IMG/VR virus record: IMGVR_UViG_3300045988_168287
DNA length: 41,953 nt
Origin: a virus
Reading direction: 5' to 3' (one strand)
The notes under the pieces are model-generated. The model did no database searches and had not been told where the DNA came from. It saw nothing but the letters and a program-made list of their open reading frames with translations. Within the stretch, counting starts at the first letter, position 1, and every line of letters begins with the position of its first letter. Position numbers and translations under genes: made by a program. Shown in pieces: positions 27,211 through 35,225 of this stretch.

Positions 27211-27468
27211 TTATTCAATACTATCAGCTGCCAAACGAATTCGGTTACTCAAATCTATCAAAGCACCTTTGAGTAGATACTTTTCTTCCTCAGAAAAATC
27301 CGTTGGTTTCTTATTGCCATCAATGCCATTAAGTTTGTGGTATAGCCACGAATTACTTTTACCGAAGTAGCGCTTAGACAAGTCAGCCCATGATATGGAT
27401 ATGAGTATATCCTTAAGCGTTGACTTGATGGTGCTTGTTGTAGTTGGGGAAAGAGTCATAGTTGCCAT
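27211..27468 (-). CDS. Small protein, paralogue 3 of the YF.KS.SW family (DUF5053-like, from memory)
   Basis: 85 aa. ISWADLSKRYFGKSNSWLYHKLNG..FSEEEKYLLKGALIDLSNRIRLAADSI aligns with the proteins at 27938..28225 and 28319..28720. Confidence 0.65.
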   Translation of the reverse strand: MATMTLSPTTTSTIKSTLKDILISISWADLSKRYFGKSNSWLYHKLNGIDGNKKPTDFSEEEKYLLKGALIDLSNRIRLAADSIE

Positions 27469-27519
27469 AATAATATCCTTTCTTATTTTTGGAGCCTCGC
27501 CACATGGGCGAGGCTTGGG

Positions 27520-27675
27520 TTAATAAAGTGGTTCGTCGAGGAGTTCTGCCATTAGCGTGTTAATGAACAATCTAAGTTCTGGGTCTCCGTTAGGATAACT
27601 TCTCTTGTAGTTTCTAACATGCTCGATAAGTTCGAACTCCGCTTCTGTTAATGCTAATTTTCTTTTTGCTTTCAT
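27520..27675 (-). CDS. Unlisted small ORF (51 aa), first gene of cassette A
   Basis: Hand translation gives MKAKRKLALTEAEFELIEHVRNYKRSYPNGDPELRLFINTLMAELLDEPLY. The ATG lies 26 nt downstream of the -7 box. It is below the 60-aa cutoff of the track. Confidence 0.45.
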   Translation of the reverse strand: MKAKRKLALTEAEFELIEHVRNYKRSYPNGDPELRLFINTLMAELLDEPLY

Positions 27676-27700
27676 ATATTATTGCTTTAATTGAACAATG

Positions 27701-27732
27701 CAAAGGTAATACTTTTATTCGTACTATGCAAA
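27701..27732 (-). promoter_or_regulatory. Canonical promoter of cassette A
   Basis: On the - strand: TTTG (27732..27729), a 20-nt spacer, TACCTTTG (27708..27701). The 19-mer TAATACTTTTATTCGTACT occurs at 27707..27725 (in the spacer) and 27738..27756 (upstream of -33). Confidence 0.65.
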
Positions 27733-27764
27733 TAAAATAATACTTTTATTCGTACTTTAACATA

Positions 27765-27855
27765 AAAAATAAATAAAGCCACCTACGCATCTGCGCAAGT
27801 GGCTTCGGTAAAAGATAATACTAATAACCAACTCTTATATAAGAGTTAACACATG
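27765..27855 (-). repeat. Repeat R1 copy A (about 91 nt) containing a terminator
   Basis: Near-identical to 29033..29127 (one indel and a few mismatches). Stem AAGCCAC (27776..27782) pairs with GTGGCTT (27799..27805), followed on the - strand by TTTATTTATTTTTT. Confidence 0.8.
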
Positions 27856-27863
27856 GCAATTGC

Positions 27864-27902
27864 CAAAAACAAAAACGCCTCGAGACTGCGAAGTCCCGAG
27901 GC
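27864..27902 (-). terminator. Terminator T, copy 2 (after paralogue 2)
   Basis: Same 55-nt block as 27100..27154, including the GGCAATTGCC palindrome (27855..27864). Confidence 0.7.
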
Positions 27903-27937
27903 TGGCGTGCGCTGAAAGCTCAACAGCGACTTAGTGT

Positions 27938-28225
27938 TCAATTAAACGGCGCATCAGTAGCCGGAGCTTTAATATTGTCTGCAGCTTTACGTATGCGGTC
28001 GGCAAGATCGTTAAGCGCACAATAAAGTTTGTCCGCTTCTTCAGGTGTGAAACCACCTACACCACCATTGCCATCAATGCCATACATCTTTTGCTGAAAC
28101 CACGATATTGACTTATCGAAGTACGTACGAGAAACTTCACGCCATGACACAGCAAGGTAAATGTCACGCATACGCTTCTTCATGTCAACTATCTTCTCTT
28201 GTTTTTGTTTTGCTAATACTTCCAT
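27938..28225 (-). CDS. Small protein, paralogue 2 of the YF.KS.SW family
   Basis: 95 aa. VSWREVSRTYFDKSISWFQQKMYG..FTPEEADKLYCALNDLADRIRKAADNI. Confidence 0.65.
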   Translation of the reverse strand: MEVLAKQKQEKIVDMKKRMRDIYLAVSWREVSRTYFDKSISWFQQKMYGIDGNGGVGGFTPEEADKLYCALNDLADRIRKAADNIKAPATDAPFN

Positions 28226-28249
28226 ATTAATGTTATTTATATTATCTTT

Positions 28250-28280
28250 AAAAGCCCCGAGACCTTGAAGTCCCGAGGCT
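28250..28280 (-). terminator. Terminator T-like, copy 3 (after paralogue 1)
   Basis: Imperfect 11-position stem (28253..28263 with 28270..28280, 2 mismatches). It shares GAAGTCCCGAGGCTGGTGTG with copy 1 (copy 2 differs at one base). The T-run on the - strand is short. Confidence 0.45.
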
Positions 28281-28318
28281 GGTGTGTGATAGAAAACAAT
28301 TGTCTAACTTTAATTACT

Positions 28319-28720
28319 TCAAGCCAGACGAAGTGAACCGATACGTGAGCTTATGTCTTGCAGAGCATTATTGAAAATGCGTTTCTGTTCCTCATTCAAG
28401 GTGTAGACTTTGCCACGCACCTGTGTGCCGTTAATGCGCTGTGAGAGCCATGCTGAGCTCTTGCCAAAGTAATGTTTGGCAATATACGACAAGGGAAGCA
28501 AATGATAGTCCTCGTCACTTATGCGTGAACGCAAAGCTGCAACCTCATTCTCTATGTCTGTGAGCTTTTGATTGATAAACTCTTTTGCCTCTACCTTTAC
28601 ATCCTCATCAGCATGGCTTTCAAGCCATGTTAGAATTTCTTTCTTTCGTGCTTCGCTTGCTGCATCGTTATTGCCTGCAAGATTTGCATACTCTCTTAAA
28701 AGTTTCTCTGTTGCTGCCAT
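28319..28720 (-). CDS. Small protein, paralogue 1 of the YF.KS.SW family, with an N-terminal helical extension
   Basis: 133 aa. LSYIAKHYFGKSSAWLSQRING..LNEEQKRIFNNALQDISSRIGSL. Confidence 0.65.
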   Translation of the reverse strand: MAATEKLLREYANLAGNNDAASEARKKEILTWLESHADEDVKVEAKEFINQKLTDIENEVAALRSRISDEDYHLLPLSYIAKHYFGKSSAWLSQRINGTQVRGKVYTLNEEQKRIFNNALQDISSRIGSLRLA

Positions 28721-28767
28721 ATTTGTATTTTTTTTTGAGTCCTCTCACTATGGAGAGGACTCGGTTT

Positions 28768-28926
28768 TTACTTTCGCTTTTTAAGAAGCTTATTCAAATC
28801 TTCGAGAAGCATGTCAACTCTCTTGTTGATAACTTCATCTTCGAAATGAAGCACCTTGGCTACTTTCATGTAGTCTGCGATTTCTCGCTTCTTTCGGTCG
28901 ATGTCTTTTTCTAATTCTTCATCCAT
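28768..28926 (-). CDS. Unlisted small ORF (52 aa), first gene of cassette B
   Basis: Hand translation gives MDEELEKDIDRKKREIADYMKVAKVLHFEDEVINKRVDMLLEDLNKLLKKRK. It lies downstream of the cassette B promoter and is below the track cutoff. Confidence 0.45.
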   Translation of the reverse strand: MDEELEKDIDRKKREIADYMKVAKVLHFEDEVINKRVDMLLEDLNKLLKKRK

Positions 28927-28970
28927 AAGCTGAAATTTTAAAGTTTAACAATTTGTTTTCTAACACATTG

Positions 28971-29002
28971 CAAAGGTACATAAAATATTTGTTATGTGCA
29001 AA
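28971..29002 (-). promoter_or_regulatory. Canonical promoter of cassette B
   Basis: On the - strand: TTTG (29002..28999), a 20-nt spacer, TACCTTTG (28978..28971). 21-mers at 28977..28997 and 29007..29027 each contain ACATAA-N8-TTATGT. Confidence 0.65.
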
Positions 29003-29032
29003 TAAATACATAAATATTTTGTTATGTATATC

Positions 29033-29127
29033 AAAAAAAATAAATAAAGCCACCTACGCATCTCGCGCAAGTGGCTTCGGTAAAAGATAATACTAATAAC
29101 CAAAAATTATATAAGAGTTAACACATG
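29033..29127 (-). repeat. Repeat R1 copy B containing the terL terminator
   Basis: Near-identical to 27765..27855. It begins 4 nt after the terL stop. The hairpin AGCCAC..GTGGCT is followed on the - strand by TTTATTTATTTTTTTT. Confidence 0.8.
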
Positions 29128-29130
29128 ACA

Positions 29131-30765
29131 TTATCCTCCATAAGTATTTGTGGTGCCACCTGCGCCTTGGAACACAGGCTTTGTCTCTGCACCTATGCAG
29201 AGCACGTCGAAGGCATCAGAACCATCGGTGCGTGCTTCGAGCTTATCCTCCTCGGTCTCAGCCAGCTTCTCTCCTCGCTTGTCTTTCTTGCCATTATATA
29301 CTCCTGCAGAGGTAATGGAGATAAGCAGGTCGGGATTGTTGTCTCTATTGATGAGCACCTGCAGATTGCCTCTGCCACGCAGCATCTTATTGATAAGCGC
29401 ATTCTTCTCGATGTGTCCCATCGGATTGCCAAGGTAGACATCTCTGACAGCCCAGCCCATGGAGCGTAGCGACTTGAGAACCTCTCGATGTGGGTCGTTG
29501 TAGTGAAGTCCCCAGTTGGTGCCAACCATGGTGGAGTCGTAGTAGAATATCACCTGTCTGCGACGATGGAAGTGATAGTATTTGTTGAAGTCTTCGAGTA
29601 GCTCGGGTATCTTGCGCTCGTATTTCACGAAGAATGATTTTATAATCCTCAGCTTGCCATCCTTCACTTGGCCAACCACGAGCCAGTTGATAAGGTTGTT
29701 GCTGTCGAAGGCTATGAGTAGAGGCAACCTGTCGTCGCAGTCGGCATCCATTCTGCAGTCGTTAGGTATGATGCCACCTTCAGCATTATCGAGAGTGTGG
29801 AGGTTGAGCACCGATTCGTTAGGAGCGGTATAGAGATTAACATCCTCACGCAAACCACCATAGAAGCCATCTGCAGATACTCCCACTCTCTGGCACATTA
29901 TTGATGTGGCAAAGGTAAGTGGAGGCAAATCGCGCTTGGCTCTACGTATAAACTCTTCGCCCAGCAGGGCGAGGTTCTCGATACTTGAGTATTCCTTGTA
30001 TAGTAGACAATTGGAGCGGAAGAAGTTGAGTTGAGCATTCAGCTCGTCGAGTCGCTTGCTTATAGCATCGTGGAGTTCTGGACGCTTGGCAAGTTTTTGC
30101 TTGAGCTTCCATATCTGGAAGATTATTCCCTCGATTACCTTCACAAGTTCAGGATCTTGCTTATCCTTATAAGAGAGAAACCACGAACCCTTTTTGGTGA
30201 TAGGCATATCTGAAGTAATTGTCATGCCATGGTGGAGCGGAAAGTTCTTGAAGTACATTTCGTTTCCACGGTTGGCTTGGAAGGTCTCGTCCTTCAGCTG
30301 CTCATAGTCGATAAACTTTGCCTCGTCGATGATGAGATAGTCGAGCGACATGGAGTTGGAGGTGCCGCTACGATCCTGAGATATCACGTTGCACACGGAA
30401 CCATTATAAAAGCTGATGGTATTCTCCCAGTTAGCAGGAGTGAAGATAGGTGTCTTCCAATGTAGGCGCTTCCATGGTTTTTTGCCAACAACATAGTGCA
30501 AGTCTCGTTTGAAGCCCCAACGCTCGAGATGAATGAGCATTGAGGGAAGTATATTGGTAAGGCAGCGCTTAACCGATGGTGCAACAAAACCGCCCATACT
30601 TCCAGGCATTCCCTGAAAGCACGACTGCAGACGACGTGCCTGGATGGCTCCTTTGCCCACACCACGCCCGGCAACAATCACCTCGTCGCGTGTGTTCATT
30701 GCCAGGCTGTAGTATTGGGCATCGTTGAAGTATTGTCGATATGGCTGCTCTTTATTGTCAATCAT
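29131..30765 (-). CDS. terL: Terminase large subunit
   Basis: 544 aa. Walker A-like VAGRGVGKG, Walker B LDYLIIDEAKF, and a C-terminal nuclease-like half. An 8-nt overlap with the upstream small gene. Confidence 0.85.
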   Translation of the reverse strand: MIDNKEQPYRQYFNDAQYYSLAMNTRDEVIVAGRGVGKGAIQARRLQSCFQGMPGSMGGFVAPSVKRCLTNILPSMLIHLERWGFKRDLHYVVGKKPWKRLHWKTPIFTPANWENTISFYNGSVCNVISQDRSGTSNSMSLDYLIIDEAKFIDYEQLKDETFQANRGNEMYFKNFPLHHGMTITSDMPITKKGSWFLSYKDKQDPELVKVIEGIIFQIWKLKQKLAKRPELHDAISKRLDELNAQLNFFRSNCLLYKEYSSIENLALLGEEFIRRAKRDLPPLTFATSIMCQRVGVSADGFYGGLREDVNLYTAPNESVLNLHTLDNAEGGIIPNDCRMDADCDDRLPLLIAFDSNNLINWLVVGQVKDGKLRIIKSFFVKYERKIPELLEDFNKYYHFHRRRQVIFYYDSTMVGTNWGLHYNDPHREVLKSLRSMGWAVRDVYLGNPMGHIEKNALINKMLRGRGNLQVLINRDNNPDLLISITSAGVYNGKKDKRGEKLAETEEDKLEARTDGSDAFDVLCIGAETKPVFQGAGGTTNTYGG

Positions 30766-31354
30766 CGTCGTCTATTTTATTCTCTTCTTTAATCTCTTCA
30801 TAGTCTGCATCCTGCACCATGGTTGCAGAATAGCGCTTTTGTAGAGCTCGAATTCTTGCACGTAGGTCCGGAATACGCTCTATACCGAGAACTGTAGGGT
30901 CGTCGGTAGGCTCGAAGTTCTGAGGCACAATCTTGTCGAATTCAAGTTCTGGCTCATCATCCTTGTCTGTGCGATTGTTCTGTACCAACACTTTCGAGAG
31001 GGCTGCTATCGAGCGGTAGTCGCCAGCTCGACGTGCTGCAGCAATATCTTGCTCAATAGATTTGTTAATCTTCCACCGCATGAAGTCCTTGCTTGTTTGC
31101 TGCAGGTTGCCAAGCAAAACCTTTACGAGATGCAGATCCTCGTAGGCAAGCGACTTCGACACCTTGAACTGATTGATATCATATAGCACCAGGTCATTGT
31201 CCAGCTTCGATGGGAACTGCAGCCAGTAGGCATATAATCCACGCAATCGATGCAGGCGCTGCAGCACACCCTCTGCGACACGGAGCTCGCGAAGTTCCGA
31301 GTCGTCGAGAGTGACATAATGAGCATATTGGTCAAGGTTTATCGGTAGAGCCAT
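30758..31354 (-). CDS. Putative terminase small subunit
   Basis: 198 aa, overlapping the terL start, with an acidic C-terminus. The call rests on position only. Confidence 0.45.
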   Translation of the reverse strand: MALPINLDQYAHYVTLDDSELRELRVAEGVLQRLHRLRGLYAYWLQFPSKLDNDLVLYDINQFKVSKSLAYEDLHLVKVLLGNLQQTSKDFMRWKINKSIEQDIAAARRAGDYRSIAALSKVLVQNNRTDKDDEPELEFDKIVPQNFEPTDDPTVLGIERIPDLRARIRALQKRYSATMVQDADYEEIKEENKIDDDD

Positions 31355-31385
31355 AATTATATTATTGAGAAAACATAAACGTCGG

Positions 31386-31445
31386 CACGCTCAGCCTGCA
31401 ATGATTGCAGACCGAGCGTGTGTAAGCCAGTACCGAGGGGGTACT
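31386..31445 (-). terminator. Two tandem hairpins between the 279-aa gene and the terS-like gene
   Basis: CACGCTC..CTGCAAT-G-ATTGCAG..GAGCGTG (31386..31420) and AGTACC-GAGGG-GGTACT (31429..31445). On the - strand a partly T-rich tail follows. Confidence 0.4.
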
Positions 31446-31456
31446 GATAGGGAGCA

Positions 31457-32296
31457 TCACTCAGCGGACGGAATAGAGAGTCCAGCTTCATTGAGTTTAG
31501 CTTTCAGATCATCGCCTATAGGAGCATTGTTGGCAGTAAGAATAGCGACACGCTCCTGAACCTTAGCAAGTAGCTTGTTGTAGTCGGCAAGCTCCTTGGT
31601 GTTTTCGTCAGACTCCAACGACTTCTGGCGAAGCTCTATGAGCTTGCCAATATTCTTGGTGATGTAAGAGCGAGCGTTGGTGATATCCTTGGCAATGTCT
31701 GCAGGGGTATCGCCTTCAGTATTTTTTTTTGCTTCAGCATCATCGGCAACATAGTTGTCGTAGCGCTCAAGCTCACTCTTATACTTATACCATAGCTCTT
31801 TGAGCTGCTTGAGATACTCGTAGCGGTCGCATGGCTTATCAATGGTAAGCAGAGTATTGTAGAGCTGTTTGATGCGGAACCAGCGTTCACGGTTGTCTTT
31901 CCATACCGAAGCTACATCTTCAGGCAGAGTGTCGTGGTCGGCACGTATACCAGATGCTGCAGGCAGGAATTTTGCTTGAGTCTCTTCATCCTCAGCATTC
32001 TCGGCAATAAACTTAGTCTCTTCATCGATGGCAACCTTAACCTTAGGAGTAAGCTCTGCGCTCAGAACTTCGACATCTTGGATTGTCATCTCGTCAAGTC
32101 GCATACGCAGGAACTTATTGAGCTCGTATCTGATTTTGTTCTCGAAGTACTTAGGTCTTCGCATTATGGTCTGATACATAGCTCTGTTGCGAGTGAGGCG
32201 CAGCACCATCTCAGCACCTGCTACAAGAGAGTCGTGGTCGTGAGTTTCAGCAGCGAGCCACGTCTGCATATCTTCTGTGAATTTTTTGTCTATCAT
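31457..32296 (-). CDS. Hypothetical protein (279 aa)
   Basis: Long ORF between the capsid block and terS. No motif recognised. Confidence 0.5.
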   Translation of the reverse strand: MIDKKFTEDMQTWLAAETHDHDSLVAGAEMVLRLTRNRAMYQTIMRRPKYFENKIRYELNKFLRMRLDEMTIQDVEVLSAELTPKVKVAIDEETKFIAENAEDEETQAKFLPAASGIRADHDTLPEDVASVWKDNRERWFRIKQLYNTLLTIDKPCDRYEYLKQLKELWYKYKSELERYDNYVADDAEAKKNTEGDTPADIAKDITNARSYITKNIGKLIELRQKSLESDENTKELADYNKLLAKVQERVAILTANNAPIGDDLKAKLNEAGLSIPSAE

Positions 32297-32302
32297 AATT
32301 AG

Positions 32303-32349
32303 AAATAATTAAAGGGCGGTCTTACGACCTTTGCATCGCATGACCGCCC
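32303..32349 (-). terminator. Rho-independent terminator after the capsid block
   Basis: GGGCGGTC (32314..32321) pairs with GACCGCCC (32342..32349). On the - strand TTTAATTATTT follows. Confidence 0.65.
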
Positions 32350-32367
32350 AGGTAATATATATTGAGC

Positions 32368-32979
32368 CTATTGGTGAGGATTATCAGCAACAACGATTGG
32401 TAGACCTGTTGCACCAGAGATGTCGCCATCCTCTGTCTCGATCTTGCCAGGATAGAATGGTGCTGGATACTCGTCGTCGGCAACAGCCGAAATTGTGGTA
32501 GAGTTGGCATCTGTTGTAGCCTTGCCTGTACCCTGCGAAAGCGAAAGCTCAGGAGTGAATGCTTCAGAACCTACCATGCGAGCCTTGCCATTGCGCTGAA
32601 TGAAGAGATATACCATCTCATCGTTGTTAGCTTGAGCAATGTAGCCGGAAACTTCCTCTTCGGTACCAGGGATTACCGCAGTGCCTGTAACCTTAAAGGT
32701 CTTAGAGCCGAATGATCCCTGCGATTCAGCCTGGAGTTCAGATTCGTTAGGAATAAGTCCTATCTTATGCCACTTCTTATCAGTTGCGAGTACGAAGTCG
32801 CCTGCATATTTAGCTACGTCGGCAAGAGTCTTCGGAGCTTCAGTGCCGATGGTTGGCCATGTCATAATATCACGCTTGGCAATACCATACACATAACCTC
32901 TGACACCTGGTAGAGATTTCTTACCTGGTGAGAAACAAATATCGCCGTATATAGAATTAGCAGAAGTACATTTAGTCAT
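32368..32979 (-). CDS. Abundant virion protein candidate (decoration or tube-like; 203 aa)
   Basis: Directly after the major capsid gene and before a strong terminator. Gly/Thr/Ser-rich, beta-type composition. Confidence 0.35.
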   Translation of the reverse strand: MTKCTSANSIYGDICFSPGKKSLPGVRGYVYGIAKRDIMTWPTIGTEAPKTLADVAKYAGDFVLATDKKWHKIGLIPNESELQAESQGSFGSKTFKVTGTAVIPGTEEEVSGYIAQANNDEMVYLFIQRNGKARMVGSEAFTPELSLSQGTGKATTDANSTTISAVADDEYPAPFYPGKIETEDGDISGATGLPIVVADNPHQ

Positions 32980-33048
32980 ATCTTTATTGTTTTATGAGTT
33001 AATGATATGCAGACAGACGAGCAACGTGGCTCGCCTATCTGCTTGAGT

Positions 33049-34059
33049 TTACGCCTTCTTACGCCAGTAGCGGAGAACCTCAGGAGAAACACTCTCAAAC
33101 TGAGTACCGAAGAAGTAGTTCATAATGAAGTCAACGTCGTAGTGGTTGGTGAGCGATGGCTTAACCAAGAACTTCTCATCTTCTGTCTGCTGGTTGAAGA
33201 GGAGATAGATGTTATTCTTAGGTGTGAGGAGGAGGAAGTCCTTTGGCACGTTTGCCAATGGAACAAGCTCGACATTGCTTGCTCCTTCAAGAGTGCGCTT
33301 ATCGTAGCTCTGATTGTATGGCAACGAACCATGGTTGACCTGATATGCTTCGGTATACATATGATAGGTCTGGTCGGCCATAAAGAGTTTGAGCTGCTGT
33401 GAGCGAAGCTTAGCTGCAGCTGCAGCATCGCCTGCCTCTGACCAGTAGAAGTCCTTGATGACTTCCTCGGCATTCTCCTTGGTGATTGACTCTGTTCCCT
33501 CAACGAGGTTGCCAAGAGCTTCAGAGATGAGAACCTTAGCAAGTTCGTTGGTACCTGCAGCGTCAGCATCGAGGATAGTCTTGAATCCGTTGAACCACTT
33601 TGCAGTCTTCGAGGTGTCGGTACCATCATGCTTAGCGGTGAAGGCATTCATAAACATGTTTTCGCCAATCTTCTTAACGAGATAAGCGCATACCTGATTG
33701 ACAATAGGCACACTCTTCAGACCATCGCCTTTGGTGATGTTGCTACCCCAAATAGACTGATAGATGGCATTAGGGTCAATACCCTGAACTATATTGCCAA
33801 AGAATGTTTCGAATACACGAGGGTCGATGTTTACTGCAGCATCTTCGTGCTTAGTCTTCGAATAGTTGCCAATTTCAGCTGATGCTGACATCTGAGAAAC
33901 GGTCTCTCTGTATCGAATACCTGTGCGCACGTTGCAATGCTTAGCAAGAGCTGCCATGGCAAGGAATGGCATAAGAATGAAATCCTTGCGGTAGGTCTGG
34001 AAGGTCTTCGAGAGCTCGGAAGCTCCATATGTTACATTTCCAATTTTAATTTCTGCCAT
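33049..34059 (-). CDS. Major capsid protein
   Basis: 336 aa immediately after the protease/scaffold gene. Size and position are typical. The sequence is reminiscent of P2 gpN/HK97-fold capsids (from memory). Confidence 0.7.
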   Translation of the reverse strand: MAEIKIGNVTYGASELSKTFQTYRKDFILMPFLAMAALAKHCNVRTGIRYRETVSQMSASAEIGNYSKTKHEDAAVNIDPRVFETFFGNIVQGIDPNAIYQSIWGSNITKGDGLKSVPIVNQVCAYLVKKIGENMFMNAFTAKHDGTDTSKTAKWFNGFKTILDADAAGTNELAKVLISEALGNLVEGTESITKENAEEVIKDFYWSEAGDAAAAAKLRSQQLKLFMADQTYHMYTEAYQVNHGSLPYNQSYDKRTLEGASNVELVPLANVPKDFLLLTPKNNIYLLFNQQTEDEKFLVKPSLTNHYDVDFIMNYFFGTQFESVSPEVLRYWRKKA

Positions 34060-34062
34060 AGT

Positions 34063-35172
34063 TTACACGTCTTTAATGCTGTTATACATATCCTGTGCGG
34101 TGAAGCTGTTCTCTTCATTCGCAGGATTCTCGGTTGTGGTGGCACCTGCAGAACCTTTAAGATTCTGAATCTGCTCATCCTTCTCCTTTGACTCTTTCTG
34201 AGCCTGAGAGAGCTGAGCTTTGAGGTTGTTGATGGTATCGTCTTTATCTTTGACGGCTTGAGAGTTGGTTTTATCCTTCTCCTCAAGATCCTTCAAACGA
34301 TCATCGATACTCTTCAGCTGCTCCTGAGTGAGAGTGATATTGCCCTCATCATTAGTCTGAAAACCGTCAATGGCAAGCAACGCCATGACTGAAGCAAAGA
34401 TTTTAATCATTTTATGAGGTTGTTTTGGTGCGTGTTGGTTACGGAAGAGGTTCTTAAGCTGCTCACACGTCTTCTCGAGAAAGCTCGCGGTTGGATTGCC
34501 ATTGCCATCAACAACTGACGAGATGCTTGGAGTAGCATCTTCTTGCAGAGTAGAAGGTAGTGGCGGTATACCTGCATCCTTGAATATGTTAGAATATGAG
34601 TTGACAAACTGATTGGTATGCTCGGCTGCAGCCTTCTCTGTCTCCTTGTCTTCACGTATGCTGTCAACAAGTCCGAAGTCTTTAGCCTGCTGAGCGCTAA
34701 GCCAATTGCCTTTCTTCATCTGAGCAAGACATTCGTCAATGGTCTTACCTGTCTTGTCGGCATACATCGATGCCAGAACATCGTCGAAGGTCTTGAGCGA
34801 TTCACGCTGAGCTTTGAGCTTCGCAATGTAGTTATCTATCTGTTCCTTGTTGCTCTGCTCGTACTTGTCGATGAGGACAGAAACATTATGAATAAGGAAG
34901 AAGCTGCCTTTTACGATATCGATAGTCTTGCAACCAAGCATGGCAATTGTAGATATCGAGGCATTCATACCAAAAGCATGAGCATGAACGTTGCCATGGT
35001 CCTTGAATGCCTGGTTCATCTCTAAGCCATCCTTCACAAAGCCACCCAGAGAGCAGAAGCCGACATGTACTTCTTTGCCTTTGTTCTGACTGAGCACATA
35101 GCGAACATAGTCAGCAGAGCAGCTACCCCACCAACTACCAATTGTGCCAGATATTACGAGATTATATTCCAT
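34063..35172 (-). CDS. Prohead protease (ClpP/S14-like) fused to a coiled-coil scaffold domain
   Basis: N-terminal half has GMNASISTIAMLG (Ser) and FFLIHN (His), arranged as in ClpP-type proteases. The C-terminal half is Lys/Glu coiled coil. Confidence 0.75.
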   Translation of the reverse strand: MEYNLVISGTIGSWWGSCSADYVRYVLSQNKGKEVHVGFCSLGGFVKDGLEMNQAFKDHGNVHAHAFGMNASISTIAMLGCKTIDIVKGSFFLIHNVSVLIDKYEQSNKEQIDNYIAKLKAQRESLKTFDDVLASMYADKTGKTIDECLAQMKKGNWLSAQQAKDFGLVDSIREDKETEKAAAEHTNQFVNSYSNIFKDAGIPPLPSTLQEDATPSISSVVDGNGNPTASFLEKTCEQLKNLFRNQHAPKQPHKMIKIFASVMALLAIDGFQTNDEGNITLTQEQLKSIDDRLKDLEEKDKTNSQAVKDKDDTINNLKAQLSQAQKESKEKDEQIQNLKGSAGATTTENPANEENSFTAQDMYNSIKDV

Positions 35173-35188
35173 TTGACTAATTTTCTCG

Positions 35189-35196
35189 CAAAGTTA
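35189..35196 (-). promoter_or_regulatory. -7 promoter box TAACTTTG upstream of the protease/capsid genes
   Basis: The + strand reads CAAAGTTA, 17 nt upstream of the ATG at 35172. Confidence 0.4.
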
Positions 35197-35225
35197 ACAG
35201 CTCAATTAAGCTATCGAAAATACTG

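Noticed and set aside
26842-27276. 92-aa (-) and 114-aa (+) ORFs in the 490-nt spacer
   Set aside because: They cross perfect hairpins, palindromes and a terminator, and have implausible Cys/Ala-rich sequences. The region is treated as noncoding.
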